Source: a bacterium (lineage in GTDB: Bacteria; Oederibacteriota; JAJYGY01; DAIDJD01). From it: a stretch of 64,000 nucleotides of DNA. The position numbers were made by a program, and so were the translations under genes. The DNA lies in contig DATHOE010000024.1 of assembly GCA_035485275.1 (NCBI GenBank), positions 43,334 through 107,333 on the forward strand, in the 5' to 3' direction. Within the stretch, counting starts at the first letter, position 1. Every line of letters starts with the position of its first letter. This document shows positions 11,122 to 20,559 of this stretch, one piece after another. The notes under the pieces were generated by a model. The model made no database searches and was not told the DNA's origin. It was given only the letters and a program-made list of their open reading frames with translations.

Positions 11122-13419
11122 CTGAAGAGCCTTTGGTGCCTCCTGGCCGCGGCCCTGCTGCTCTCGTCCTGCGCCGCGATCCCGGTGGTCCGGCGCACGC
11201 CGGACAGCGCCCCCCTTGGGGAGCGCCCCTTGACCGACGCGGAGCGCGACGCCTACGACGCCGTCTCGTCCTCCGCAGGGACGGACGGCGCCGAAGCCCT
11301 CTACTATCTCGGCCTGGACAAGGCCGCGGCCGGGGACTGGGTCGGCGCCTCCGGGATGTGGCGCCAGGACGAGACCGGGCACCCGGCCACCGGCTGGGAC
11401 CGCCTAGCCCAGTTCAAGCTGGCCCAGGCCTTTGAGAAGTTCGGCCAGGGGCAAGCGGCCTTCATGCAGTACCAGGACCTGATGAAGGGGCCCGCGGTCG
11501 CGGACCTTCCTGAGCGCGCGCGCCAGGCCTGCCTCAGGCTGATCGGGACCCTGGACGAAGCCCCGCTGCGCGCGCTCTACGCCGGCCAGGTAGACCCCGA
11601 ATTCATGGCCCCCATCCGCATCCGCCTGCTGCAGATCGCGCTGGCGGCCGGCCGCGTGGACGAGGTGCGCCAGGGGGTCGACGATTACCTGCGGGCCTAT
11701 CCCCTGGGTCCGGGGCTCGATGAGGTCGAGGAGATCTCGAAGAAGCTGGAAGCCTCCGTGGTGGTGGACCGGCGCGCGGTGGGCCTGCTGGTGCCGCTCA
11801 CGGGCGACATGGCCGCCTTCGGCACGCAGGTGTCGCAGGGCGTGCAGCTGGCGATCGACGCGGCCAACGCCGGGCGCGCCGACGCCGACAAGATACGCCT
11901 GGCCGTCGCGGACGAAGGCGAGGACACCGCCACCGCCGTCGCGGCCGCGGACGGCCTGATCGAAAAGGACCATGTCATCGGCCTGCTGGGCCCCCTCAGC
12001 TCGGACAGCGCCGAGGCGCTCCTGCCCCTGCTGGCCGCCAACCGCACGCCCATGCTCTGCCCCGCGGCGACGCGGCCGGACCTGGCCAACGCCAGCCCCT
12101 GGTTCTTCCGCGACATCCTGTCGCCGGAGGCGCAGGCCTCCGCCATGGCGGACTACGCCGTGGTCGCGTGCCGGCTGACGCGCGTCGCCAGCCTGGTGCC
12201 GGACGACTACTACGGCAGCGTGTCCGCGCGCGCCTTCGCCGCGCGCATCGGCGCCCTGGGCGGGGCCGTGGCCGTGTCGGTCACCTATTCGCCGGGCTCC
12301 CGGGACTTCCGCGACGCCATGCTCGCCCTGGGGGGGATCGATCCCGGCCTGGGCAAGACCGCGGACCAGGACGAGATGCGGGACCAGCAGGACAAGGTGG
12401 ACTCCGCCAGCAACGCTTTCGGGGCCGTCCTGAAGGCCCGCGTGCAGACCGTCGCGGACGCGGCGGGACAGACCGAGGCCCCGAAAATCCGGCTGCTGGT
12501 GGTCGATTTCGCCCAGGACACGGCCTGCGCCCAGCTCAACGCGGGGCGCGCCTTCTCCGACCGTTTCGCCCGCACGCTGTCCCAGCTCGACGGCGTGGAC
12601 GTGATCGGCCCCCAGGCGGCGATGCGTTACTGGACCCCGCTGGTGCCCGCCCCCGGCCCGCCGGCGCCGGCCATGCCCAAGGCGCCCGCGCCCGCAGCCG
12701 CGAGCCCCGGCCCCGCCTTTGGCTCGCCGGCGAACGCGCTGGACCTTTCCCTGGCGGCCGAGGCGGGCAGGATGGCCGGAGCCGATTTCGTGCTGATGGG
12801 GGCCGCGGCCGCGCTGCCTTCGGATCCGGTGCGGTGGCCGAACCGGGGGGTCTTCAGCCTGAAGGCCGTACTGCTGGACCTCTCCACCACGGCCGTGTGC
12901 GCCCAGCGCGCCTTCAGTTGGACCCAGTATGAGGCGCCTCCCGCCAACCCCCTGGGACTGCAGGCGGTCTATGTCCCCGCCTCGGCGGAGGACGTGGTCG
13001 AGGCGGTCCCGAACATGCAGTTCTTCGACCTCTACCTCCCCCTGCTCGGCTCCGACCAATGGGACCGGCCGGAGCTCAGGGACCACCTCCCCGAGCTGAA
13101 CGGATCCGTGTTCACGGCGGCCTACTGGGGCGACAGCCCGGACGCCGCCGTGCGGCGCTTCGACGACGCCTACCGCCGGGCCTACGCCGCCAAGCCGGAC
13201 GTGCTGGCCGCGCAGGCTTACGACGCGGCGGACCTGATGGCGGCGGCGATCTTTTCCGGCATCTCGGACCGCGCCTCGCTGCGGGCGGCCCTGGCCCGCG
13301 TGCAGGGCTACGACGGCGCCAGCGGCCACTTCGGCTTCCTCGGCAGCCAGGATGCGGACAAGCGGCCGGCCCTGGTGGCGGTGAAGAACGGAGCCCTGAT
13401 CCTGTTGAAGGAGCCCTGA
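11122..13419 (+). CDS. LpoA-like lipoprotein: TPR-like N-terminal region plus type I periplasmic-binding-protein (Leu/Ile/Val-BP-like) domain; apparent CTG start
   Basis: In-frame LKSLWCLLAAALLLSSC lipoprotein signal/lipobox lies upstream of the first canonical start (GTG 11185). No ATG/GTG/TTG occurs between the upstream stop and that point, but GAGGGAG sits 5 nt before CTG at 11122. The C-terminal domain resembles PBP1 as in the LpoA/LppC family. Confidence 0.65.
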   Translation: MKSLWCLLAAALLLSSCAAIPVVRRTPDSAPLGERPLTDAERDAYDAVSSSAGTDGAEALYYLGLDKAAAGDWVGASGMWRQDETGHPATGWDRLAQFKLAQAFEKFGQGQAAFMQYQDLMKGPAVADLPERARQACLRLIGTLDEAPLRALYAGQVDPEFMAPIRIRLLQIALAAGRVDEVRQGVDDYLRAYPLGPGLDEVEEISKKLEASVVVDRRAVGLLVPLTGDMAAFGTQVSQGVQLAIDAANAGRADADKIRLAVADEGEDTATAVAAADGLIEKDHVIGLLGPLSSDSAEALLPLLAANRTPMLCPAATRPDLANASPWFFRDILSPEAQASAMADYAVVACRLTRVASLVPDDYYGSVSARAFAARIGALGGAVAVSVTYSPGSRDFRDAMLALGGIDPGLGKTADQDEMRDQQDKVDSASNAFGAVLKARVQTVADAAGQTEAPKIRLLVVDFAQDTACAQLNAGRAFSDRFARTLSQLDGVDVIGPQAAMRYWTPLVPAPGPPAPAMPKAPAPAAASPGPAFGSPANALDLSLAAEAGRMAGADFVLMGAAAALPSDPVRWPNRGVFSLKAVLLDLSTTAVCAQRAFSWTQYEAPPANPLGLQAVYVPASAEDVVEAVPNMQFFDLYLPLLGSDQWDRPELRDHLPELNGSVFTAAYWGDSPDAAVRRFDDAYRRAYAAKPDVLAAQAYDAADLMAAAIFSGISDRASLRAALARVQGYDGASGHFGFLGSQDADKRPALVAVKNGALILLKEP

Positions 13420-13420
13420 C

Positions 13421-14701
13421 GTGACCGAAAGCCTGCAAGCGCCCCGCGGAACGCGCGACCTTCTGCCCGGGGAGACGGCCCGCTGGGCTTTGGTTGAGTC
13501 CGTGCTGCGCGGCGTTTTTTCCTGTTACGGCTACCGGGAGCTGCGCACCCCGATCTTCGAGCACACGGAACTGTTCGTCCGTGGCATCGGCGAGGCCACG
13601 GACATCGTGGGCAAGGAGATGTACACCTTCAACGACCGCAAGGGGCGCTCCATGACCCTGCGGCCCGAAGGCACGGCCGGGGTCGTGCGCGCATACGCCC
13701 AGCACTCGCTGGGCCGGGGTGAGGCCGGCGAGGCCAAGCTCTTCTACCTGGGCCCCATGTTCCGCTATGAGCGCCCGCAGGCCGGGCGCTTCCGCCAGTT
13801 CTGGCAGGCGGGCGCCGAAGCCATCGGCTTTCCCGACCCCCTGGCCGACGCCGAAAGCGTGGCGATGCTGGTCACGGCCCTGCGGGCCCTGGGGCTGAAG
13901 GAACTGAGCGTCGACATCAACAGCGTCGGCGACGCGGAGACGCGCGGCGCCTTCCGGGCGCGGCTGGTGGACTTCGTGGAGGCCTGGAAGGGCCCCGTCA
14001 GCGCCGAGAGCCGGGCGCGCTGCGCCGTGAACCCCCTGCGCATCCTCGACAGCAAGGACCCCCAGGACGAGGAGCTGGTGGCGGCCGCACCCAAGGTCAC
14101 CAACCACCTGAGCACCCGCAGCTCGGCCCACTTCGCGGCCGTCCTGCGCCACCTCGACCGCCTGAAGGTCCCCTACGACGTGAACAAGACGCTGGTGCGG
14201 GGCCTGGACTACTACAGCGACACGGTCTTCGAGGTGCTGTCCTCGGACCTGGGGGCGCAGAGCGCCGTCGCCGGCGGCGGGCGCTACGACGGACTGGTGG
14301 GCGAGTTCCAGTCCCAGCCGCGGCCGGCCGTGGGCTGGGCCGTGGGCCTCGACCGCCTGATGAGCCTGCTGGAGCAGCGCGGCCCGCTCGACGGCGGCGA
14401 CGGCGCCCAGGTGGCCCTGTGCTGCCTCGGCCCGAAGGCCGTGGCCCGGGGCCTGGCGCTGGCGCAGGAGCTGCGCGAGGCCGGCTTGAGGACCTGGTTC
14501 GACCTGGGGGGGAAGCGCTCCCTGAAGAGCCAGTTCAAGCAGGCCGACGCCGAGGGCTGCCGCTTCGCAGTGGTCCTGGGCGAGGACGAGCTGCTGCGCA
14601 AGGAGGCCTCGCTGAAGGACATGATGAAGGGCGGGCAGTCGTCCGTGCCGCTGGAAGCCTTGGCCGCGGAGCTCCACCGTCTGCTGGCGCAAGCCGTTTA
14701 A
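13421..14701 (+). CDS. hisS: histidyl-tRNA synthetase
   Basis: Class II aaRS motifs: N-terminal RGTRDLLP, ...MFRYERPQAGRFRQF... (motif 2), ...GGGRYDGL... (motif 3). Confidence 0.9.
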   Translation: MTESLQAPRGTRDLLPGETARWALVESVLRGVFSCYGYRELRTPIFEHTELFVRGIGEATDIVGKEMYTFNDRKGRSMTLRPEGTAGVVRAYAQHSLGRGEAGEAKLFYLGPMFRYERPQAGRFRQFWQAGAEAIGFPDPLADAESVAMLVTALRALGLKELSVDINSVGDAETRGAFRARLVDFVEAWKGPVSAESRARCAVNPLRILDSKDPQDEELVAAAPKVTNHLSTRSSAHFAAVLRHLDRLKVPYDVNKTLVRGLDYYSDTVFEVLSSDLGAQSAVAGGGRYDGLVGEFQSQPRPAVGWAVGLDRLMSLLEQRGPLDGGDGAQVALCCLGPKAVARGLALAQELREAGLRTWFDLGGKRSLKSQFKQADAEGCRFAVVLGEDELLRKEASLKDMMKGGQSSVPLEALAAELHRLLAQAV

Positions 14702-14718
14702 ACAACCGAAGGGGTCGC

Positions 14719-14949
14719 ATGCAATACTTCAAATCAGCCATGTTCATACCCGGCAAGGGGCAGGCCTGGACCTACTGCGAGGCCACCGACGAGGACCGGG
14801 TGCAGCGCTCCCTGACGCACATCCCCTCCACCGGGGAGATCAGCCGCATCCCCGACCCGGTGGTGAAGGTCCTGTTCATGAAGGAACGGCTCACCGCCTG
14901 CGGGGCCGAGGAGTTCCAGGAACTCTGGAACCGCCCCACCCCCGCTTAA
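14719..14949 (+). CDS. hypothetical 76-aa protein
   Basis: In-frame ATG downstream of hisS in a tight gene array. Balanced amino-acid composition, unlike the Arg/Pro/Gly-rich shadow ORFs; no family recognised. Confidence 0.45.
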   Translation: MQYFKSAMFIPGKGQAWTYCEATDEDRVQRSLTHIPSTGEISRIPDPVVKVLFMKERLTACGAEEFQELWNRPTPA

Positions 14950-14957
14950 AGGATTCC

Positions 14958-15887
14958 ATGGCCCGCAAACGAGCGGAATCGGTCCTCGACCTGATCGGCC
15001 GCACGCCCCTGGTCCGCCTGAAGAGCTTCGAGAAGGCCGGCGGCGCGCGCCTGTGGGCCAAGGTGGAGATGGCCAATCCGGGCGGCTCGGTCAAGGACCG
15101 CATCGCACTGGGCATGCTCAAGGAAGCCGAGCGCAAGGGGCGGCTCAAGCCGGGCGCGGGCACGGTGGTGGAGCCGACCTCCGGCAACACCGGCGTGGGC
15201 CTGGCCCTGGTCGCGGCGGTGAAAGGCTGGCGCTGCGTCCTGGTCATGCCCGAAGGCCTGCCGGAGCGGCGCATCGCCCTGCTGAAGGCCTACGGGGCCG
15301 AGATCGAGCTGACCCCCTTCGAACTGGGCATGAGCGGCGCCATCGAGCGGGCCGAGGCCCTGCTCAAGGCCAATCCCAGCTGGTTCATGCCCATGCAGTT
15401 CAGCAACCGCGAAAACCCGGCCATGCACCGCACCACCACGGGCCCGGAGATATACAAGGCCCTGGACGGGCAGGTGCACGCCTTCGTCGCCGCGGTGGGC
15501 ACGGGCGGCACGCTCACCGGCGTGGCGGAATTCCTTCGGCGCAAATCCAAGTCCGTGAAGGTCGTGGCCGTGGAGCCCTCCGCCTCCCCGGTGCTGTCCG
15601 GGGGCCAGCCGGGCGCCCACCGCATTTTGGGTATAGGGGCCGGCTTCGTGCCGCCCGTGCTCAACCTCAAGCTGGTCGACCGCATCATGACGGTTGCGGA
15701 CGCAGAGGCGGCCGCCACGGCGTCGGCCCTGGCCCGCAGGGAAGGCCTTCTGGCCGGCCTGAGCTCGGGGGCCAATGTCTTCGCCGCCGCCCAGGTCGCC
15801 GCGGCCGAGAAGCCCGGGCGCAACGTCGTCACGGTCCTGTGCGACCGCGGCGAACTGTACGTGGACGAGCGCGGCGCCATCGAATGA
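14958..15887 (+). CDS. cysK: cysteine synthase A (O-acetylserine sulfhydrylase)
   Basis: PLP-dependent beta-family motifs: NPGGSVKDRIALGM, GNTGVGLA, glycine loop GTGGTLTG. Confidence 0.9.
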   Translation: MARKRAESVLDLIGRTPLVRLKSFEKAGGARLWAKVEMANPGGSVKDRIALGMLKEAERKGRLKPGAGTVVEPTSGNTGVGLALVAAVKGWRCVLVMPEGLPERRIALLKAYGAEIELTPFELGMSGAIERAEALLKANPSWFMPMQFSNRENPAMHRTTTGPEIYKALDGQVHAFVAAVGTGGTLTGVAEFLRRKSKSVKVVAVEPSASPVLSGGQPGAHRILGIGAGFVPPVLNLKLVDRIMTVADAEAAATASALARREGLLAGLSSGANVFAAAQVAAAEKPGRNVVTVLCDRGELYVDERGAIE

Positions 15888-16678
15888 GCCCCCAAATCTG
15901 GATCGCCGGGGCCTGGGTCAACCTGGCGCTGGCGCTGGCCTGCATGGCCCTGGGGCTGCTCAGCGTTTCCGGCTGCGTGGCGGCGCTGATGATCGGAGCC
16001 GCGATCTGGGGCTGCCTCGGATGGCAGGGCTGGCTGGTGCTGCTGGTCTTCTTCCTGGGTGGCACGGCCGCGACCAAGTTCCAGTACGGCGCCAAGCGGC
16101 GCCTGGGCGTCGCCCAGGAGAACGCGGGCAGGCGGAGCTGGAAGCACGCCTGGGCCAACGCGGGGGCGGGCGTCCTGTGCGCGGCCTTCAGCCTGTATTT
16201 CGCACTGCGCGGGGACGGGCAGCACCGGCAGGCCTGGGCCTGGGCCTTCGTGGCCTGCTTCGCGGCCGCCCTGTCGGACACCCTGTCCTCGGAATTCGGC
16301 CAGCTGGCGGGCAAGCCGCCCCGCCTCATCACCACCGGCGAGACGGTCCCCACGGGCACGGACGGCGGCATCACCCTGGCGGGCACGCTGATGGGCCTGC
16401 TGGGCGCGGCGCTGCTCTCCCTGCTGGGCCGCTTCATCGGTCTGACCCCGGTGCGGGCCACCTTTCCCATCATGCTGGCGGGCCTGTCCGGCAACCTGCT
16501 GGATTCCTGGCTGGGCGCCACCCTCCAGCGCAGGGGCCGCATGACCAACGAGATGGTGAACTTCGCCAACACCTGCGGCGGCGCCGCCCTGGGCTTCGCG
16601 GGCTTCTGGTTCATGCAGTGGCTGCCGCACGGCGTGCAGCATCTGGGCTTCCGTTTCCTGGAGGACTTCTTCGTTTGA
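15884..16678 (+). CDS. DUF92/TMEM19-family integral membrane protein
   Basis: ATGA overlap with the cysK stop; 264-aa polytopic hydrophobic protein with family-like GxxxG-rich segments. Confidence 0.7.
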   Translation: MSPQIWIAGAWVNLALALACMALGLLSVSGCVAALMIGAAIWGCLGWQGWLVLLVFFLGGTAATKFQYGAKRRLGVAQENAGRRSWKHAWANAGAGVLCAAFSLYFALRGDGQHRQAWAWAFVACFAAALSDTLSSEFGQLAGKPPRLITTGETVPTGTDGGITLAGTLMGLLGAALLSLLGRFIGLTPVRATFPIMLAGLSGNLLDSWLGATLQRRGRMTNEMVNFANTCGGAALGFAGFWFMQWLPHGVQHLGFRFLEDFFV

Positions 16679-16706
16679 GGCCCTCCGCGCGTTTTTCGCC
16701 CCGGAC

Positions 16707-17600
16707 ATGACGGATCTCGCCGCGCTCGCGCAGGCCCTGCGGGAAAGCCTGCGCGCGGCGCAGGTGGAACCAGGAGCCGCCGCCCTGGGCCTGTCCTTCG
16801 CCCTGGTGGCGCTGCTGCCGCTGGCGGTCGTCGTTCCCATGACGCTGGTGTGCCTGGCCGTGGCGGCCCGCCTGCCTGCCGCGCCCGCGGCCCTGGTCAT
16901 CCTGGCCGGTGCGGGGACGAACACGGCGCTCGCCTGGATCCTGGCCCGCACCGTTTTCGGCGCCCGCGTGGAGCAATGGCTGCAGCGGCGCGGGGGCTGG
17001 CTGGGCGCGGTGCGCGAGGGGGCCCTGCGCGAGCCGCTCAAATGGTCCTTCCTCGCGCGCTATGTCCCGGCACCCTTCGTGGCCGCGCCCATGGTCCTTT
17101 CCGCGGCGGGCGTCGGCTTGGGCACGACGCTGTGGGGGAGCCTTCTGGGCATGGCGCCCTGGACCGCCGTCTACGTGTACGCCGCCCGCGCCGGCACGCA
17201 GGACAGCGTCACCGGGTTCAGCCGCGCCGCCGCGGTCCTGGTGCTGGGCTACACCCTGCTGAGGCTGCTGCGCAAGCGCCTGGAGATCCGCAAGGACGCG
17301 CCGTCCCGGGAACCCCTGAAGCCGCGGGCCCCGGGGCGGCCGGTGATCCGCCTCTACACCCTGGCGGGGCAGGACCTCAGCGAGGACGCCCGCAGGGACC
17401 TGGTGGCCCTGAGGGACGCGCTCGGCTTCGAGGTGGACGAAAGCCCCCTGCGGCCCGGCGGGACCGGCCAGGACGAGCGCCTTCTGGACCACGCCCCGGT
17501 GGCCTTCCTGGGCGGCGAAAGGCTGTTCAACTACCAGATGGATGAGAACGTCCTGAGGGCGCGCTTGGCGCGCTTGGGGCAGGAGAAGGAGTCCGCGTGA
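16707..17600 (+). CDS. DedA/TVP38-like membrane domain fused to a soluble C-terminal domain of unknown function
   Basis: Hydrophobic N-terminal 200 aa with a GxxxG-type reentrant-like motif, then a charged C-terminal ~90 aa (VIRLYTLAGQDLSEDARRDL...). Confidence 0.55.
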   Translation: MTDLAALAQALRESLRAAQVEPGAAALGLSFALVALLPLAVVVPMTLVCLAVAARLPAAPAALVILAGAGTNTALAWILARTVFGARVEQWLQRRGGWLGAVREGALREPLKWSFLARYVPAPFVAAPMVLSAAGVGLGTTLWGSLLGMAPWTAVYVYAARAGTQDSVTGFSRAAAVLVLGYTLLRLLRKRLEIRKDAPSREPLKPRAPGRPVIRLYTLAGQDLSEDARRDLVALRDALGFEVDESPLRPGGTGQDERLLDHAPVAFLGGERLFNYQMDENVLRARLARLGQEKESA

Positions 17601-18370
17601 TAGAGCTGGAAGGCGTCCAAAAATCCTACCCCGGGGGCATCCAGGCCCTGCGGGACGTCAGCTTCACGGTGGGACGCGGCGAGTTCGTGTTCCTGACCGG
17701 TCCCTCCGGCGCTGGCAAGAGCACCCTCCTGAGCCTCCTCACCCTGCAGTCCAAGCCCACCCGGGGGAGGGTCATCCTCGACGGAACGGAACTCGGCCGC
17801 CTGGGCGCCGGACAGGTGCCCCTGCTGCGGCGGCGCATGGGCGTGGTGTACCAGGATTTCCGCCTGCTCTACGACCGCACCGTGTTCGAGAACGTGGCCT
17901 TCGCCCTGCGCGTCCTGTCCCTGCCCGAGGCGGAGATCAAGCGCGAGACCCTGGCCGCGCTCAAGCGCTGCGGCCTCAAGGAAAAGGCCGCCCTCTATCC
18001 CCACAAGCTTTCCGGGGGCGAGCAGCAGCGCGTCGCGGTCGCCCGCGCCCTGGTGCACGACCCCGGCCTCATCCTCGCGGACGAGCCCACCGGCAACCTT
18101 GACGCCGACACCGGCTGGGAGGTCGTGCGCCTCCTGCTGTCCGCCCAGGAACGCGGCGCCACCGTCGTGGTGGCGACCCACAACCAGGCCATCCTGGGCG
18201 CCCTTTCCAAGCGCCGTCTCACCCTGAGGGAGGGCCTGCTGGAGAGCGACGTCACGCCCGAGCCTTCGGCCTTCGCCGCCGGCCTCGACGAGGAGCTGCC
18301 TCCGCCCTCGGTGCCGGGCCTGCGGGACCGTTTCAAGGGCATGCGTTCCGACGTGGAGGCCTCCGAATGA
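17597..18370 (+). CDS. ftsE: cell division ABC transporter ATP-binding protein
   Basis: Walker [10 protein letters not shown], signature LSGGEQQR, Walker [13 protein letters not shown]; followed by ftsX. Confidence 0.9.
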   Translation: MIELEGVQKSYPGGIQALRDVSFTVGRGEFVFLTGPSGAGKSTLLSLLTLQSKPTRGRVILDGTELGRLGAGQVPLLRRRMGVVYQDFRLLYDRTVFENVAFALRVLSLPEAEIKRETLAALKRCGLKEKAALYPHKLSGGEQQRVAVARALVHDPGLILADEPTGNLDADTGWEVVRLLLSAQERGATVVVATHNQAILGALSKRRLTLREGLLESDVTPEPSAFAAGLDEELPPPSVPGLRDRFKGMRSDVEASE

Positions 18371-19275
18371 CGCTGCCCTGGGGATACTTCGTGCGCGAAT
18401 CACTGCGCCAGGCCTGGCGCCAGCGCCTGCTGACGCTGGTGGCGGTGGCGGCCCTGGCCCTGGCGGCGCTGTACGGCGGGGCCTGGGCCCTGCTCCTGCG
18501 CAACGCCGACGAATGGAAACACAGCCTGGGCGCCGCCGAGCAGCTGGTGGTCTACCTGCGCCCCGGTTTGACGCCCCAGGAGCAGGTCGCGGCCCAGCAG
18601 GCGGCCCAGGCCGTGTCCGGGGTGGCCTCGGTGGACCTGGTCACGCCCGAGCAGGCGGCCGCGGACCTGTCGCAGGACCCGGCGGTGAAATCGGCCCTGG
18701 GGCTGCTGCAGGAGAATCCCCTGCCGCCCGCCCTGAAGGTCCGCCTCGAGGTGTCGACCTCCGAGGATGCGGCCTCGGCGGCGGACAGGCTCAAGGCCCT
18801 CGACGGGGTGGACGCCGTGGACGAGGGCGAAGGCGCCGTCGAGAACTTCCTGAAAGTGAGCGGGGTGGCGCGCAGCGTCCTGCTGGCCCTGATGATGCTG
18901 TTCTCGGCCACCGCGCTGCTGATCGTCGCGGCGGTCCTGCGGCTGGCGGCCTGGTCGCGCAGGGAGGAGCTCGGCATCATGCGCCTGGTGGGCGCCGGGC
19001 ACGGCTTCATCCGCGCGCCCTTCCTCTTCGAGGGCCTCTTCCAGGGCCTGCTGGCCGGCCTGCTTGCCGCCCTGGTCCTGGCGGGACTGCAGGCCTGGCT
19101 CGGGGCCACCCTGAGCAATTCCCTGGGGATAGACCTGGCAGCCTTCCTACCCGCGGGGATGGACGCCTGCCTGGGCGCCTGCATGGTCCTGGCCACGGGG
19201 ATCCTCGGCCTTCTGGGGGCGGCGATCGCCTTGGCCACCGTGAAGGTGGCCTATGAGGGCGAGGAAGCCTGGTGA
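18367..19275 (+). CDS. ftsX: cell division permease-like protein
   Basis: 4-nt overlap with ftsE; FtsX topology with a large periplasmic loop after TM1 and three C-terminal TM segments. Confidence 0.85.
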   Translation: MTLPWGYFVRESLRQAWRQRLLTLVAVAALALAALYGGAWALLLRNADEWKHSLGAAEQLVVYLRPGLTPQEQVAAQQAAQAVSGVASVDLVTPEQAAADLSQDPAVKSALGLLQENPLPPALKVRLEVSTSEDAASAADRLKALDGVDAVDEGEGAVENFLKVSGVARSVLLALMMLFSATALLIVAAVLRLAAWSRREELGIMRLVGAGHGFIRAPFLFEGLFQGLLAGLLAALVLAGLQAWLGATLSNSLGIDLAAFLPAGMDACLGACMVLATGILGLLGAAIALATVKVAYEGEEAW

Positions 19276-20534
19276 AGGCCGCCCTGCTGCTGGCGGCCCT
19301 GCTGTCGGCGACGCCGTCCACGGCGTCCTGGGCCGGCACCGGCGTCGGGGGCGAGATACAGAGCGCCCAGCAGAACCTGGACACGATCCGCCACGAGATC
19401 AGCACGAAGGAAAAGACGGTGCGCGCGCAGACCCGCGTTGAGCGCAACGAGCTCGACACGCTGAAGCGGCTCAACCGCGAGCTGGATGTCGCCCGGCGCG
19501 ACACCCTCACCCACAAGCACAACTTGGGCCTGGTGCTGGAGCGCCTGACCCTGCTCAACGCGGAGGCGGAGCGCCTGGGGGGCGAGGAGGCGGGCGACCG
19601 GGCCTTCCTGGAAAGCGACCTGGTGGCGCTGTACAAGGCGCACCTGGGGCAGCAGCCTTTGCTGCTGGTGTCGGCGCGCAGCCCCTTCGAGCTCCAGGCC
19701 AGGGCCCATTACCTCGCGGCCCTGGCCTCGGCCACCTCGCTGCGCATGGGCGCGCTCAGCGGGGACCTGAACCAGCTGGATTCCTACAAGCGCGAGTTCG
19801 ACAGCCGCTACGCCGAGCTGCAGGCCCGCATGCGCGAGGTCGAGAACGACAGCGCCAAGGTGGAGCGCGAACGCCGCGGCAAGGAGGCGCAGCTGCGCGC
19901 GGTGCGCCTGCGCAAGGCCCGCGCGGTCGCGGCGGTGCGGGAACTAAAGGCCTCCGCGGACCGTCTTCAAGGCATGCTCGACGGCCTCTTGACCGAGGCC
20001 TTGCGCAGGGACGCCGAACGGAAACGGGCGCTGGCCCTGGAGCAGCGGAACCGGCAGAGCCAGAACGAAAGCCTGGGCCAGAACAAGACCCAGTTCCATT
20101 TCAACGAGGTCGCCCCCGGGCCCTTCGACGGGTCCGGCCTCGGACGGGGCCTGCCTTGGCCGGTCGAGGGCGAGGTCCTTTCCCATTTCGGCAAGCACCT
20201 GCATCCGGTGTTCCACATCCCCGTGTTCAACCGCGGCATAGAGATCTCCGCGGGCTACGGCTCGCCGGTGCGGGTGGTGGCGCCGGGCCTGGTCGATTTC
20301 GCGGGCGAGATGGAGGGCTTCGGGCACCTGGTGGTGGTGGACCACGGCGAGGGCATGCTCAGCGTCTACGGCTACGGCAGCAGGCTGCGGGTGCGCAAGG
20401 GCCAGGAAGTGCGCCAGGGGGAAGTGTTGGAGGACGTGGGGGAGGCGGCGGGTTCGCGGCAGCCCTCCTTGTATTTCGAAATCAGGCGGGGGGTCAAGGC
20501 GCAGGACCCCCTGAGATATCTGGCGCGGCGATAG
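19272..20534 (+). CDS. envC: EnvC-like murein hydrolase activator (coiled coil plus M23/LytM peptidase domain)
   Basis: Signal peptide, long coiled-coil region, and a C-terminal M23 domain (GIEISAGYGSPVRVVAPGLV...GHLVVVDHGEGMLSVYGY); classic ftsEX-envC linkage. Confidence 0.8.
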   Translation: MKAALLLAALLSATPSTASWAGTGVGGEIQSAQQNLDTIRHEISTKEKTVRAQTRVERNELDTLKRLNRELDVARRDTLTHKHNLGLVLERLTLLNAEAERLGGEEAGDRAFLESDLVALYKAHLGQQPLLLVSARSPFELQARAHYLAALASATSLRMGALSGDLNQLDSYKREFDSRYAELQARMREVENDSAKVERERRGKEAQLRAVRLRKARAVAAVRELKASADRLQGMLDGLLTEALRRDAERKRALALEQRNRQSQNESLGQNKTQFHFNEVAPGPFDGSGLGRGLPWPVEGEVLSHFGKHLHPVFHIPVFNRGIEISAGYGSPVRVVAPGLVDFAGEMEGFGHLVVVDHGEGMLSVYGYGSRLRVRKGQEVRQGEVLEDVGEAAGSRQPSLYFEIRRGVKAQDPLRYLARR

Positions 20535-20559
20535 CCTTCTAGGGCATCAAAGGAGAACC

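Noticed and set aside
11404-13329. 641-aa minus-strand ORF antisense to the LpoA-like gene
   Set aside because: Extremely G/R/A/P/H-rich, no domain; sense strand encodes a lipoprotein with a PBP1 domain.
13112-14692. 526-aa minus-strand ORF antisense to hisS
   Set aside because: Shadow ORF; hisS motifs are on the plus strand.
15290-17041. 583-aa minus-strand ORF spanning cysK/DUF92/DedA-like
   Set aside because: Shadow ORF crossing three sense-strand genes; low-complexity composition.
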